This document shows positions 39,101 to 57,808 of a DNA stretch of 64,000 bases, piece by piece (the first letter of the stretch is position 1; each line of letters begins with the position of its first letter). This stretch comes from Paragordius varius (Eukaryota; Animalia; Nematomorpha). The notes under the pieces were generated by a model. It was not told the DNA's origin and made no database searches. It saw only the letters and a program-made list of their open reading frames with translations. Where the stretch lies: the NCBI GenBank assembly GCA_964247055.1, contig OZ176057.1:4836001-4900000 (forward strand), in the 5' to 3' direction. The position numbers and the translations under genes were made by a program.

Positions 39101-42100
39101 AGCGATAATAGTGATATGATGGATAAGGAGGATGGTACTTTTGTGTTTTATATTAGCAATTACAGTTTAAATTCAACCTTGAACAATTTAAATTCACCCT
39201 AAATAAATTATGTGTTTATGTACATTAAAAAATATTTTAATTTTTTATTTTTAAAATATGGAATTCTGGTTAAAATTAATATAATGCTGATGAAATAATA
39301 AACTATGTCGTAATAATATATATCATATTAATAATGAGTTAGTTTAACCCCTAAAACATATAATTTATTTTTAGGGGGAATTTGAATTATTCGAAAGGGA
39401 AAATTTGAATTGTTTAAGGGTGAATTTGAATTGTTCAAGGGTGAATTTGACTTTTAAATGGTGTATTTTAGTAATGGCAGTATGGCGAATTTGTTTTTCC
39501 AAACACTACTTTAACAGTAACAAACAAAAGTTTTATAAACAGCCACATCTGTAATTTAAATGGCTAAGTCACATGTATATAATTTTATTTTAATCAATTG
39601 CAGTTTTTCAAACTGTGGAAAGTCTTTAATTAAAAATTAAGGAATTGTAAAAAATATCGCGCATAGAAAAAGACTTGTATATTAAACACTATTTTAGCCA
39701 TTAAAAAACAGATATGGTTTATAATTGTGCTCGTTACTGTAATATGCAATTGTTAAATTGTCTAAATCGAATTTCTTCTAATTCACTGCCAAACTTCCGA
39801 AAGACTTATTCCAAAAATTTTGTTTTACAAAATCAATTTTACGTAAGTTTATATTTGAGATCTCTCACGTGTTAAAATTTTGGAAAATATATATATAATG
39901 TTATATGTATATATATACTGACTGCAAAAAAATTTTAATTTAGGATAATTCAAAAATTAATCATAAAATCTGAAATATTATCATTTTAGGAAATATTTTT
40001 AATATACAAATAGCCTAAAATTATATAGTTTGGGTTATAAAATTTCTGGTCAAAAGATGGCGTTTTTCTTATATCACATATAAAAGACAAAAAAAATATA
40101 ATAAAACTATATTAAAATAATTTTTTCATTTTCTACTTCACTATTAAAATCTTAACACTTATATATTATTCAGTAAAATAAACTTCTAAATCAAAATAAA
40201 ACCAAAGATATTGTTTTTTTTGTTTTTGTCATCTGTTATATGAGTATATAAAAAATTTATACTGTTTTATTTATGATTCTTTCATGATAAAAATTATTAA
40301 GTATATAATTTATGCAAATAGTAGTAGAATATCAATCAACAATTTTTACAAATCCAATACAAAATTTGTCATAAAACAGACTTGTTAGAGGAAATTGTAA
40401 AGATTTTTTTGGTTGATATTCCATTACTTTCAAATACTACTTTGCATAAATTATATACTTAATACTTCCTATCATGTGAGAATCCAAAATAAAACGGTAT
40501 ATATTTTTTATACACTCATAAACCAGATGACAAAAATAAAATATAAAAAACAATATTTTTTGTTTTATTTTGTATAGAAGTTTTTTTCACTGAATTAATG
40601 AATGTTAAGATTTTAATAGTGAGTTTAGGTAGTAAATATTAAATTTTAATATAGTTTCATTAAATTTATTTTGTCTCTTAAGTGTGATAATAGATAAAGC
40701 CCATCTTTTGACCTGAAATTTTATAGAAACCCAAACTATTTGATTTTAGGCTATTTATATATTAAAAAATTTCCTATAATGATAATAAACCATAATATTT
40801 TAGATTTTATCATTATTTTTTGAATTATCCTTAACTTTCACTTTTTGCCCGATTTTCTCTCGATATTTCAAAAACTAGGTTGTCAACAAATAAAAAATTT
40901 TGCGGCAAATGAATACGCTGGTCATAAGCTATCTCATGAAAAAAATTTTGTTAAATCAAAATGACCCTGTTTTTTGCACACAGTATATATATATATATAT
41001 ATATAGATTGGCAGAATTAATTAACAAAGGATTTAAATGTGCATAATTATTAAATTATGATTTATGATATGGCTAACAAACACTTTTTGGATTAGTTTTG
41101 AAAAAAATTGAAATTGCATTATTTCTTTGTTTTCAATATACAAACGTTTTCATAGTAAGATAACTTTTTTTGATAAAACATCGCATAGGAATTAAGTTGG
41201 GGCAAATTATTGATTTAACCATAAAAAAATGAAACATATTATACTATTTTATAATATTAATAATTAATTTTATCGGGTGAATATTTATTACTAATTTTGT
41301 GATACCTTATGCATAACATATGTTATGTTTTTGTTCTTTTCCGAAAGCATCATAAATGCGTTTATCCCCTGTATATTTACCATATTTTAATGGTAGCTTA
41401 TTTCACATACTATAGTTGGGGGCAATTTTCAACACACAGTAGTGTATGGAAAAAACAAAAAAATGTTGAATAAACAATTGTTATCTTTCTTTTTTCCATA
41501 CACTCCTGTGTGTTGTAAATTGCCCCCTACTATACTATGTGAAATAAGCAACTATTAAAATACATACTGTACTCTAAACCAAATACAAAGATGCTATATA
41601 ATATTTTCATGTATCCAACAGAACTGAAACATCTGAAAAATCATTCTTTTATTACCTATTTTTCACACATAAACAAATTTATAAATCTTTTTTTTTCATA
41701 CAAATTACGCAAGATAATGCAGAAATCGGCACCACAAAAATAGATGACAACAAAAACCAAAAAGTCAAAACTAAAACCAAAACCAAATCAAAAGTTTTGA
41801 ATGATGTTTGTGATTTATTAATAGTTAGTACAGCGCATGTTCATTGGGATCCCGAATACAGTGATGTTAAAATTATTCAAGCAATGATGATTGTTCATGA
41901 ATTAAAAGTAATAACCTAATAATTAGTTATTTTTTTAGAATGATATGATATAATATAAGCAAATTAATAATAATTTTATAAATAAATTTTCGTTAGATTC
42001 CTCTAAATTCTTCGGATCATAAAAATAAAATTAAAATAAGATACAAAATAAAATTAAAAAATATTTTATAAAAATTCATTTATAAAGTAAAAATTGGGAC

Positions 42101-45100
42101 ATTTCAATTAAAGCCATAGCGTATTAATGTTAAAAGACAAATACATAGAATTTTTAGCCATTTTAAAGTTTGATATACTACACCTATCTTTTTGTTGGGT
42201 TGAATGGGAAATAAGACGCAAAGATGTTTTTTAAGGTTTTAATAATCAGATCTCCCTTTATTTACGTTTTTTCTATGTTATTTGAATTATTACTGTATTT
42301 TTTTACATTTTACTGGTTTTTTCATAATTAAAGGGCCTAATCTTTAAAATTTATAAATCGTTTAAGTTAAAAATATCTATGGATGAAACCTTTATAGTGA
42401 GTCATAAAACCTAAAAATTTATAAACCTAATCATTTTTTTATTTTTTTGTAAACTAACTGTAAAATATTATTAAAAATTATATATGTATTAATGGAAATA
42501 TTAAAAATTTAACTTTAATATATAAAAAATTCATTTATTTTATAAACTTTTTCACGCTTTTTTCTTAATAAGGCGGTACTAATCTAATGTTTAATTTATT
42601 TTCATTTTGAATCAAAGATACAAAACAGGACTAAATTTTCTGACGATAAATAATTCTCATATATTTGGTAATACTCTATATTTTTTGTTTTTCGCCTAAT
42701 TTTTGCAAACTTAACTTTAAAATTAGGACGACCTTTGTCACAAATTGTAAAAGTTTGTTGAAAATTAGAAATTAAGTTTAAAGTAGTTGTTTTTAATTTT
42801 AAAAAAAACCCTAACGCTCACATTAACTTAAGTAAAAAAATTTAATTAAATGTAAAAACTATAATGACAAATATTTTTTTAAAAACAACCACCCGATTTT
42901 TTCTACTTAAACCATATATGTATAGTACCAACTTACATATCAAATCCCGATTTTTTGAAAAATATGGTTGTTTTTTTGTCTAAAAATATTAATCTTATTT
43001 TTAATTTTTACTTAATATAAGGAGTGAGTGAGTATAGTATCCATAAATTTTTTGTAAAAAAAATTCTCAAATATTTTGTATTGTGTGTTTTTTCTAGAGT
43101 TTCATTCGTACGGCATATCAACAGTATGTGCTAGGAAAACCTAGTCCTAACGCTAAAGCTTTCGATGATACAGGAATACATCACACTAATTCAAGTTTAT
43201 TCCTAAAAAATTTATTTCATATTTTACAGTAAAAATTTGAATAATTTTTTGAAACCTTTATAGAATTGCGTTTGGAATATTAATGAAAGTCAGTAATTTT
43301 TTTATTATATACCTAGAAAGATACCAAGTTGTTTTTGTTTTTGTACCATAAGTACTTTAAATAGATATTTATTTTTATTAAGTAAAGAAAATTTGAAAAA
43401 ATATATCAGTATTGTTTCAGCATTTTGTGAGTTAATAGGGAATGATCATCCTTTACAAGTCATTTAAAAATCAATTTTTTGCTTATTTATTTATTAAAAA
43501 CCATTTTGTCGTTTTTTCCATACACTACTGTGGTGTTGCAAAATGCCCCCTACTATAGTGTGAAATAAGCATCTATTTACTTCATATTTGATATCATTTT
43601 TTTTGCTCATAAAACGCAATAATTAATTTTTTAATGCTTATATTTCCATATATATATATATATATATATACCATTTACAATTCAAATTCACCCAAATACA
43701 CCCTCGAACCATTCAAATTTACCCCTCTCATAAAATATATGTTTTTTAAGATTAGTAATTACCAATATTTTATATATTTTTTAAAAAATAATTTTGTTTG
43801 TTAAAATAATACTGAAAAAAATAATAAACTATGCCATAACGATATATTTCTTATAAATAATGAGTTATATTAGTTCAAAAACACATAATTTATTTTTAGG
43901 ACGAATTTTAAGTTCACGGGTGTGAATTTGAATTGTTTAAGGGTGAATTTAAATTTTTTAAGGGTGAATTTGAATTTTTTAAGGGCGAATTTTAATGTTC
44001 AGGGATGAATTTATATGATATATATATGTATAATAGAAACACCTCATTTGAAAGAGTTGGGCCGTAGTAAATCTTTGAAGGAAAAACATAAACCTGCCTC
44101 GTTAATTTCAATCATTAACAATACTAATAATTCTCCCAATCAAGAAACTGAAAAAACTTATAAAGACAATAATGAGTTGGAAAACATAGAAAATCAAAAA
44201 TCAACAATAATAAGCGAACAAAACAATGATAAAAATGAAACTATTAACATTACACCGATCGGTGAAAATAACACTAGTACTTTAATAGGTTCGGGGCGAA
44301 AGTCTCGAACTATATCAGAAACGCTTTTTGTTGGTTCAACTTTTAAAAATGATGATGAAAACAATGACGACACAACTGCTAAAGGAATTGATGAATCCTT
44401 ACAAAATACTGGTAAGAACTCATATTTTTTGTTTCCAAAGATAAAATTTGTCGCACTCGGGATAAGGGGACAGTCGAGAGATTTATATTTATTTTGGAAT
44501 GTTAGTGGGGAAAAAGATTTAAATTTTTTGCCGTATAATTGGGATGTTGACTTTTTTTCGTATAACCAACGGTTTTTTTCTTAAGACGCGAAACTAAATT
44601 TCTAGTTTAATTTAAAAAATAGGTTTAATTTGATTGTGAAACATTCCATTTTTTAAATGATTTTTACATTTTGACCAATAAAAAGTTGGTATGGAATTTA
44701 ATTATTGGTCTCATTTTCACAAAGAGGCATATCACATAACAGTATAAAAGTCAGGAGTTGAAAAGGAATGTTGTCAATTATTTTAAAAATAATTAATACG
44801 GGAAAAAAATTTTCATTTTATATGACGATAACCGTGTATTTGAACAATCCTACACGTAAAAACAAAAAAAAGATTATAAATATGGTTTATTAACTTTTAC
44901 CGTTTAAAGTTGAAATTATACGGATAAAACGTAAAAATATACAGACAATTCTTAATTTTTTAAATATATCTCGTTTTTATTAATTGGTAAAGTTTAAAAT
45001 TAAGATGTATATTATAGTATTATAATCTATTATTTAACAATTGTATGTATATTATTTATCTGGAAAATTTAAGGTTTAAAAAAGGTGTGGTTAAAATACT

Positions 45101-48100
45101 TATCGTAAGTTTTGATTTGGCTATTTAATTACATTTTTTGCTGTACTTTTAAGTTTCGCTTAAAATTTTACGATTATTGTTTAAAGTTGAAATTTTACGG
45201 ATAAAACGTAAAAATAGACAGTTATTAATTTTTTAAATATATCTCGCTTTATTTAATTTATAAAGTATGAAATAGAGATTATTATAGTATTATATATCTA
45301 ACAAATGTGATCAAATAATTTATATGGAAATAATTATGGTTTAAAAAGTGTGGATAAAATATATGTCGTAAGTTTTCACTTTTTTTTCAATGTAATTTCA
45401 ATTTTTCGCTTAAAATTAATGGAGTTTTCTTTTATCATTTTTTACATACTTTTTTCTTTTAAAATTCTACATGCAATTTTTTCGATTACTAGATAAGATT
45501 ATGGAAAATGAAAATATTTCCACAAAAACATCAACAAATACAGAGAATAATACGATGGATGATATTACCAATCTCATAGACGATAATTATGTCGATTTAC
45601 TCCCACTCATATTATGTGGTGATCTTAATAGCTTACCCGATTCTGGGGTCCTGGAATATTTGTTAACGGGCAAACTTGATGCTGACCATTCTGAATTTAA
45701 AGATTTAGGTATTTAAAAGATTTTTTTATTTTAACCGACGTTAACAAAACTCATATTTACTCACATGAACGAGAACACATTTCAAATTGTACCCTTGAAC
45801 ATTTTAAATTCAGTCTTGAACATTTTAAATTTCATCCTTAAACATTTTAAATTTACCCTTGAACAACATTTGAATACACCCCCTGAACATTTCAAATTCA
45901 CCCCTGAACATTTAAAATTTAGTCTTGAACATTTTCAAATTTATCCTCAGACATTTTTAATTTACCCTTGAACGATTGTGATCTTAACCCTCGAACAACA
46001 TTTCAAATGTTTCTAATTCACCATAAATTAATTATTTGAATTGAAAATCTCAAAACAACTATATATTTCTTGGTGCATTTTTAAAAAACATGCGCTTTTT
46101 AAAATTAACATAAAATACCCCCCCCCCCCGTAAAGTAATATATCATATTATTAATGAGTGAAATTAGTCCAAAAATTTATATTTTTATTTAAGGTGAATT
46201 TGAAAATTCAGGGCTGAATATGAAATGTAATTTTTATTTGGAGAAAAATACAACTAGTTAAAAGGCAAAGATCTATGCTTAGTATTATGTATGCGAATGG
46301 TTTCAAACTCAATTTTATTTTATATTCAGTGGTATTTTTTAATTTTTCATACATTTATTATTTTGGCTTAAATTAATCATAAAATATTTACATTAGATAT
46401 ATTTGTGCCATTAATCACATAACAGTAAACAAGATTTTTATAGTAAAGATGTTAGATTCTTATGACATAAAAATGTATTTGTAGGAAAATCTTATAATAA
46501 AATATTGACTAATCTAATTTCAAATATACTTTTATTTTTATTATACTAAGATAAATTTTTTGATTTACATTTAACAATAGGTTACAAAACATGTCTGGCA
46601 AAGTTGGCAAACTCAGCACCGCTTCATTCTAATAAAACAACTTGTTCGTCCTTAGTTAAAGATGATATACATGTTAAATTAATGGATATTGATTCGAAAA
46701 TTATATCTAAACAAGATATGAATGATAAATCTAATACTAACAATATTAGTGGTAATAAAATAGTTAGTGAAAATAATAATCCTCCCCATATAAAATCACA
46801 AGTTAAAGATGATTTGGAATTGGAAAGAGCCAAGGGTATACACCCTTATTTATTCCCAAAAAAAATTTTTGTTTCTAAAGTTATATTTCAAAAGGGCTGC
46901 TGGTTTTTTTAGAGTATCAATTTTAAAATTTGGTAAAGATGGTTTTAGGTTATGGTCCAAATTCTTACCTCTATTATATGAAATATTTTTATAATGGTTA
47001 TTTTTTAGTGATTTTAAAACTTGGGTTGAATTTAATAAATACAGTTTAAATAGGGAATTATAAAAACGAAACGAGCTTACAGACACAAATTTATTTTTTA
47101 CAAATAGGCATACTTTTGTGTCCTAATTTTTTTGCACACAATATATCAATACTATTGTAATAGATAACAGAAAAAATGTTACCATTTTTTAATTATATTC
47201 CTTATTTTGCAAAAAAACGATTTACAAATCGAAGTTCTATGGACAAAACGTAAAAATATAAAGACGAATATTTTTATCTAAAAGACTTTATCAATTTCAT
47301 ACCTTGCCATTTTAAACAATGAGTTAGATTTAAAAAATCAATATATAAGGATTTAGAAAAAAAAATTGTCTTTATAATTTTACGTTTGTCCGTATAATCT
47401 TAGTTTTTACTGTACTATAAAGGATGTTTGTTAAAATATATTATAGCCGTTTTTCATATGTAAAAAAATATATGTCTTTTAGATTTTGTTAACTTTGTAA
47501 TACAAATTATTCACTAAAAATCGTAAAATGTATTTTATAAAGTTTCCTAAAGTAATTTAAAAACATTGCTAGATATGACATGACTTGAAAAATATTATCA
47601 TTCCTCATTCATTCATTCCTCTTTTGAATTAATTTAGATCAATTAAATGCGCCACCACCATCATTAATTCAACCACCTTCTTCAATTCCAGTTCCAATTC
47701 CTCCTTCTGCAGTTTCACCCTCAATTACAATAACTACACATTATAGCCATAGTTTTGATTTAGCCAGTGCTTACAAACCAACCATTATGCCCTACACAAA
47801 TTTCACGTTTGATTTTTGTGGCGTTCTTGATTACATACTTCACGCACGTCGTTACCTTAAACCAATTAGCCTGTTGGGCCCATTAGATCAAGCCTGGATT
47901 CGTAGGCATAAGATTGTGGGTGCCCCTCACCCCTGTATACCTAGCGATCACTTTCCTATCATGGTACATTACAGACTTAGAAAACGACATGGTCATAATT
48001 ACAGTAAAACAACAAAGGAGAATAATGGACAGATTTCTGATATCTCTGGTCGAATAAACAAGAATCGCCACACTTTTTTAAATAATACCAATTTTGGGCC

Positions 48101-48194
48101 GAAAAGACAGACATCATCAGCACAACACGGTAAAAATGTTGACAAAACCCCTAATTTAACTTGTTCGAGCAAGACGATTGCGAAAAAATCGTGA
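24131..48194 (+). CDS. CNOT6: CCR4-NOT deadenylase subunit CCR4/CNOT6 (LRR + EEP nuclease), 18 exons, ~1206 aa
   Basis: Phase-consistent GT-AG exons: 24131-24149, 24184-24383, 25037-25226, 26445-26669, 29093-29377, 30263-30409, 31089-31281, 32100-32173, 33187-33322, 34600-34712, 35454-35506, 38843-39134, 41714-41907, 43098-43194, 44037-44411, 45493-45708, 46581-46835, 47638-48194 (3621 nt). Motifs WSELEITG, LDLSSNKLRSLP, LGLKGNPL, MCYNILCDKYATRQLY, CLQEVETEQ, PKSRAKTM, VDGCAIF, HWDPEYSDVK, CGDLNSLPDSGV, MPYTNFTFDFCGVLDYI, PSDHF. The start (MFKDK) and the low-complexity exons 5-8 and 14-15 are less certain; exon 10 has a second in-frame donor 15 nt downstream. Confidence 0.93.
25265..25392. 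mobile_element. Family-D MITE, partial
   Basis: ttatttcacaacactatag ... tatacactactgtg; matches 41392-41553. Confidence 0.55.
25398..26040. mobile_element. Family-P half element (loop + right arm) in CCR4 intron 3
   Basis: Colinear with ~1100-1726 (attgggatttgtacggattgttggttgatattccact ... ttttgcacac). Confidence 0.85.
26045..26407. mobile_element. MITE family A (TA target; TIR CCATTTACA(A/G)TTCAAATTCACCC with 21-bp subterminal tandem repeats)
   Basis: TA|CCATTTACAATTC ... GAACTGTAAATGG|TA; repeat unit TTCAAATTCACCCTTGAACAA. Confidence 0.9.
26682..27039. mobile_element. MITE family A (diverged)
   Basis: Same TIR and 21-mer arrays; starts 12 nt after the exon-4 donor. Confidence 0.85.
28699..29072. 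mobile_element. MITE family A
   Basis: TA|CCATTTT ... AAATGG|TA; ends 20 nt before the exon-5 acceptor. Confidence 0.85.
29860..30150. mobile_element. MITE family C (TIR CAGTAAAAA(C/T)TGAAATTATACGGACAAAACGTAAAAAT) with its interior replaced by a copy of downstream flank
   Basis: Left TIR at 29860; right TIR (ttttgtccgtataatttcaa) at ~30130-30150. Interior ~29990-30071 duplicates ~30195-30283. Further family-C copies or fragments at ~30477-30760, ~33965-34250, ~35205-35430, ~44905-45420, ~47236-47412, ~49700-49760, ~53312-53887 and ~63306-63570. Confidence 0.75.
31315..31750. mobile_element. MITE family A
   Basis: TA|CCATTTACAATT ... GAACTGTAAATGG|TA. Confidence 0.88.
33337..33556. mobile_element. 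MITE family A (short, diverged)
   Basis: atttacacttcaattttacccc ... gaattgtaaatgg|ta. Confidence 0.75.
33965..34250. mobile_element. MITE family C
   Basis: cagtaaaaaatgaaatataaatggacaaaacgtaa ... ttacgttttccgcataattttaattttta. Confidence 0.7.
34422..34577. mobile_element. MITE family A (short, diverged)
   Basis: tcatttacaattcgaattcgtccttgaa ... ttttagggttgattttgacctttaaatcg|ta. Confidence 0.65.
35530..36115 (+). mobile_element. Probable decayed LTR-retrotransposon (Gypsy-like) integrase fragment in CCR4 intron 11
   Basis: Plus-frame FCTTPLFLHFLIPNGMERPKQKRKL...FVFNSKI resembles the integrase TTPYHPQSNGxVER...YNST region. KIGKYKWSNPIIV (~36043-36081) resembles the GPY/F-type C-terminal motif. 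Many stops; motif recognition only. Confidence 0.4.
37485..38065 (-). mobile_element. MITE family B inserted in the tandem array
   Basis: TTAA|CACTTCGATTC ... CCAAGTG|TTAA. The next array unit shows the empty site (ctttatattTTAAacaaaatat, ~38225-38245). Confidence 0.92.
38535..38786. mobile_element. MITE family A
   Basis: TA|CCATTT ... GAACTGTAAATGG|TA, inserted in the last array unit. Confidence 0.88.
39157..39461. mobile_element. MITE family A
   Basis: caattacagtttaaattcaaccttgaac ... aaatgg; starts ~22 nt after the exon-12 donor. Confidence 0.8.
39918..40983. mobile_element. Family-P fold-back MITE (loop inverted relative to 495-1726; deletion in the left arm)
   Basis: TA|CTGACTGCAAAAAA ... 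TTTTTTGCACACAG|TA; loop aaatccaatac ... gtcataaaacagacttgtta is the reverse complement of the loop in 495-1726. Confidence 0.88.
41392..41553. mobile_element. Small palindromic MITE family D (~160 bp, apparent AT target duplication, RR...YY ends)
   Basis: AT|GGTAGCTTATTTCACATACTATAG ... CTATACTATGTGAAATAAGCAACT|AT with ~65-bp arms. Relatives at 51695-51833 (also AT-flanked), ~43500-43574 and 25265-25392. Confidence 0.8.
43671..44018. mobile_element. MITE family A
   Basis: (TA)n|CCATTTACAATTCAAATTCACCC ...; ends 18 nt before the exon-15 acceptor. Confidence 0.85.
44905..45420. repeat. Tandem duplication of a family-C-derived segment (~270-bp unit)
   Basis: tttaaagttgaaatt(a/t)tacggataaaacgtaaaaat begins both units (~44905 and ~45180), and they stay colinear to tttcgcttaaaatt. 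Confidence 0.75.
45744..46230. mobile_element. Family-A variant with an expanded ~22-bp subterminal array
   Basis: About 11 copies of (a)tttcaaattcacccttgaaca-like units at 45778-46020; short right arm gtgaatttgaaaattcaggg. Confidence 0.7.
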
Positions 48195-48897
48195 AAACTC
48201 GGGGGGAAAATTTAGGATTTATCCAAACTAAACTTTTGATAAAGATTTAATGTTTTAATTATTAGTTTTTTGTTTTAAAAACGACGCAAAAAGTATTGAA
48301 ATACATACATAACAAAAATTATCTATCCTATTTTTATTTAGATTTTATTTTTATATATCATGGATATAATGTTTAGTAGAAATAAAAAATACGTAGAATA
48401 AATTCATGAAATATATTGTAATGTAGAGCTCAATACTATTATTTTTGTAAAAAATATTAATATAATTTTATATTATTTGATTGTAACCAACAATTCAAAA
48501 CATGTAAATATGAAATAAATTATAAAATATTTACTTACAATATATATTTATCAGCGTATAATTTGGATTTGCAATTGAATTGTTTATATATGAGAACATG
48601 TTAATATAATTTACATATATATGTTTGGCTCATATCATTTTTGATTATATAAGTTTCATTAAACATTTAATTTGATAAAATTAATTAAGGACAGTATAAA
48701 CCTGGTTGCGATTCTAATCCTTACTTGGGCTATTTAAGGATTTACAATAAATAAAATTGATTGAAACGAGTTAGTTTATATCAATAAAAATGGAAAGAAT
48801 ACAGACAAAACCTTAAAACTCATAGCCAATATTTTAGAAAGAAAATCTCATTACTTGGTAAAAGGTAAAATACGATATATTTATTGATTTACATATA

Positions 48898-49427
48898 CCA
48901 TTTGCACTTCAAGAGTGTCCTTAAACACTTCAAGTTGGTCCTTGAACAAGTTGATCCTTGAACAATTTAAGTTGGTCCTTTGACTTTTTTGTTTTGTTTT
49001 TAACTTTTATCAATCAAATCGTAAATAATTCATCTATTTTATTGTTTTTAACCTATTTTCCATTATTTAACATAAATTTTAAATCGATATCAACTTTTAA
49101 TCTTTAAGAAACCGTATATCTTTATTAATTTCTTATAATAATTTTGGATAATTATAAGATTTTAACACGAAATGAAAAATTAATAAATATATAATAAATA
49201 AAGAAAATTAGGTTAATAAATAATAAAATAAAAAATAAATGCAAAAATTATGGTTAAATCAAAATTTATAAATTTTAAGGACTAAATTGAAGTGATTAAG
49301 GATTAATTTGAAATGTTCAAGGCAAACTTGAAATGTTTAAGGACAAACTTAAACTGTTTCAAGGACTAACTTGAAATGTTCAAGGACCAACTTAAAGTGT
49401 TCAAGGACACTCTTGAAGTGCAAATGG
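48898..49427. mobile_element. MITE family H (termini related to family A)
   Basis: TA|CCATTTGCACTTCAAGAGTGTCCTT ... AAGGACACTCTTGAAGTGCAAATGG|TA, with ttcaagttggtccttgaac-type subterminal repeats. Second copy at 61571-61975. Confidence 0.88.
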
Positions 49428-49843
49428 TATATATATTTCCTCAAAAAACTTCAAAGTAGTTTATAATCCCTAATTTAAAAAACACCATAAACTATAGTGT
49501 CCATATTCAAATACCCATAACGGAAAAAAGAGTCACACTCTATATTAGTTGCAGTAAAAAATGGAATTAAACGGAAAAAACTTAAAATAAAGACAAGACT
49601 TTATCATTTAATAACAATATTAAATATGTAATTGTACCATATCTCTATTTTATACTTTATTCTTTAAAGGAATGAGTTATGTAAAAAAATCAGTCTTTTA
49701 AAAAATAATTGTATTTATTTTTACGTTTTGTCCACATATTATCATTTTTTACTGTAAATTGCGGGCCGCATACTGACCACAATAAGGTATTATTATAAAT
49801 TTAATGCTAATGAATGATGTGATACTAAATTAACATATGTATA

Positions 49844-50135
49844 CCATTTACAGTTTAAATTCACCCTCAAACAATTCAAATTTACCCTAAAAATAAATTA
49901 TGTGTTTTCGAACTATTATAATTCATTATTAATATAAAATATATCTTATGGAATAGTTTATTATTTTACAAGTATTAATTTAATTTGAACAAAATTTTAT
50001 TTTTTAATGTAAAAAAAGGTTAATTTTCTTCTGAAAAAGTATATCATTATGAAGGTGAATTTGAATTGTTCGAGGGTGAATTTATATTGTTCAAGGGTGT
50101 TGAATTGTTTAAGGATGAATTCAAATTGTAAATGG
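49844..50135. mobile_element. MITE family A (intergenic, between the convergent CCR4 and RIO2 genes)
   Basis: TA|CCATTTACAGTT ... AATTGTAAATGG|TA. Confidence 0.88.
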
Positions 50136-50537
50136 TATATATTAACAGCCAAGTATTCGATATTAATCTGCGCATAAAATTAATTAAAAAGGCAGGAACC
50201 AAAATGGAACAGGTCGGCGTAAAATTTTCAACATTTTGTTTTTATAATTACACTTTTTATTGTATATGTTAACATTCAATTCGATTTTGAAAACCACACG
50301 TTTCCTACGTAATTTGTAATTTTTAAAGATTAAATAAACCATTGATATCTTATTGATAAAACCTATAATAAATAACATTAATTTCTTGATGAAAAATATT
50401 TTTGAATTGCATCTAGAATAAAGTATATCAAAGCAATAGCCTAAATTATTTTGTTATTGTAATACTTCCTTGAAAATCATAAAGAAAATGATTAATCAAA
50501 AATATTTAAACAAATTTATTGCAAAGTATATATGAAA

Positions 50538-56573
<6,036 letters not shown>

Positions 56574-57808
56574 GCGATCTTCTCAAATTTAACAAATTTT
56601 TGTGTAACAACTGTTTTTATATTCATTTGAGGCATTAGTTTTAGCTCTCATAAAAAGATTGGGTTATATTTAGTATGCATTCTAGGTATTTTCGCAGGCG
56701 TTATAAAATAAATTTCAGAAAACTACGTATTGTGATCCTTATAATGCTTATAAAAAATAAAATAAAAAAATTCGAATTTTAAGGTTAAATCTAAAAAATG
56801 AATTTATAGAAATATTTTATTTAAATTTTCGTTTTTTTATTGGTTAATGTAATGTTTCATATTATAAAATACGTTTCAACATCATAAAATTTTAGAGCGG
56901 AATGGGCGCTTTTGCAAATAAAACATATTTATATGTCAGATTTAGCTAATCATCCAATCTCGCTTTTAGGTTTATGAAAACCTCTTTTGGGCTAGGCTAA
57001 AATGAGCAAGTTTTCTCATTAACGCAAGTAAATATAATATAAATTTTAGAGGGAAAATTAAAATAAACTGCATTAAAAAATCGTAAAAACTTTTTTTTTA
57101 TAACACTAAATCTAAAATAAGGAGAGATAAATTTTTCTGATGAAATATATATTCTCAGAAGAAATGTATTAGAATTATCTCTTTTTGTTTTAGCCCTATT
57201 GAGTGATGTAATAAAGTAATTATCACTTTTGTATTGGCAACTTCATATCAGAAAATGTGAAAATTGGCCAGATTTAGCCAAACAATATTTTTTGCAAACC
57301 AAAATTCGTTTTACAAAATGCCCTTTAACACTTTACATTACCTTTTCACTTTTTTATCTTAGTTTATCTTTTGGAGAGCATTCCTAGAGCTAAATTTGAA
57401 AAACTATATGAAAATTTAGTTACAATTTGATAATAAACATTGTTCATGTATTACATAAAAAAGCTTATTTACAGTGGACTTCTTACTAAAATTCAAGAGC
57501 TCCACAACACGATTGAGACGAACAGCTGATATTAAAATAAAAAATAGTTTTTGCTGGTAAAATATAGCCTGAAAGATTCTTAAAGTTTTTTAATACATTT
57601 ATTTGTATGTTGCATTAGCGATTTAAAAAAATTTATAGCGAAGAAATGGCGGCAAAACGTTTGATATGAGGATTTTCGCTTATCCTAAAATTAAAGAAGT
57701 GTTTTAATGCTATAGCTTTAATATTTTTTGTTATCAAATTAGAAATCGCTGGGTTATAAAACTACCCATGGAGTTATATTATAATCTACATATAAAAAGC
57801 AAAACAAT

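Noticed and set aside
56574-56600. AG dinucleotides just upstream of the RIO2 ATG as a spliced-leader trans-splice site
   Set aside because: Only weak context, and MRPL12 has no equivalent AG; cannot be supported from sequence alone.
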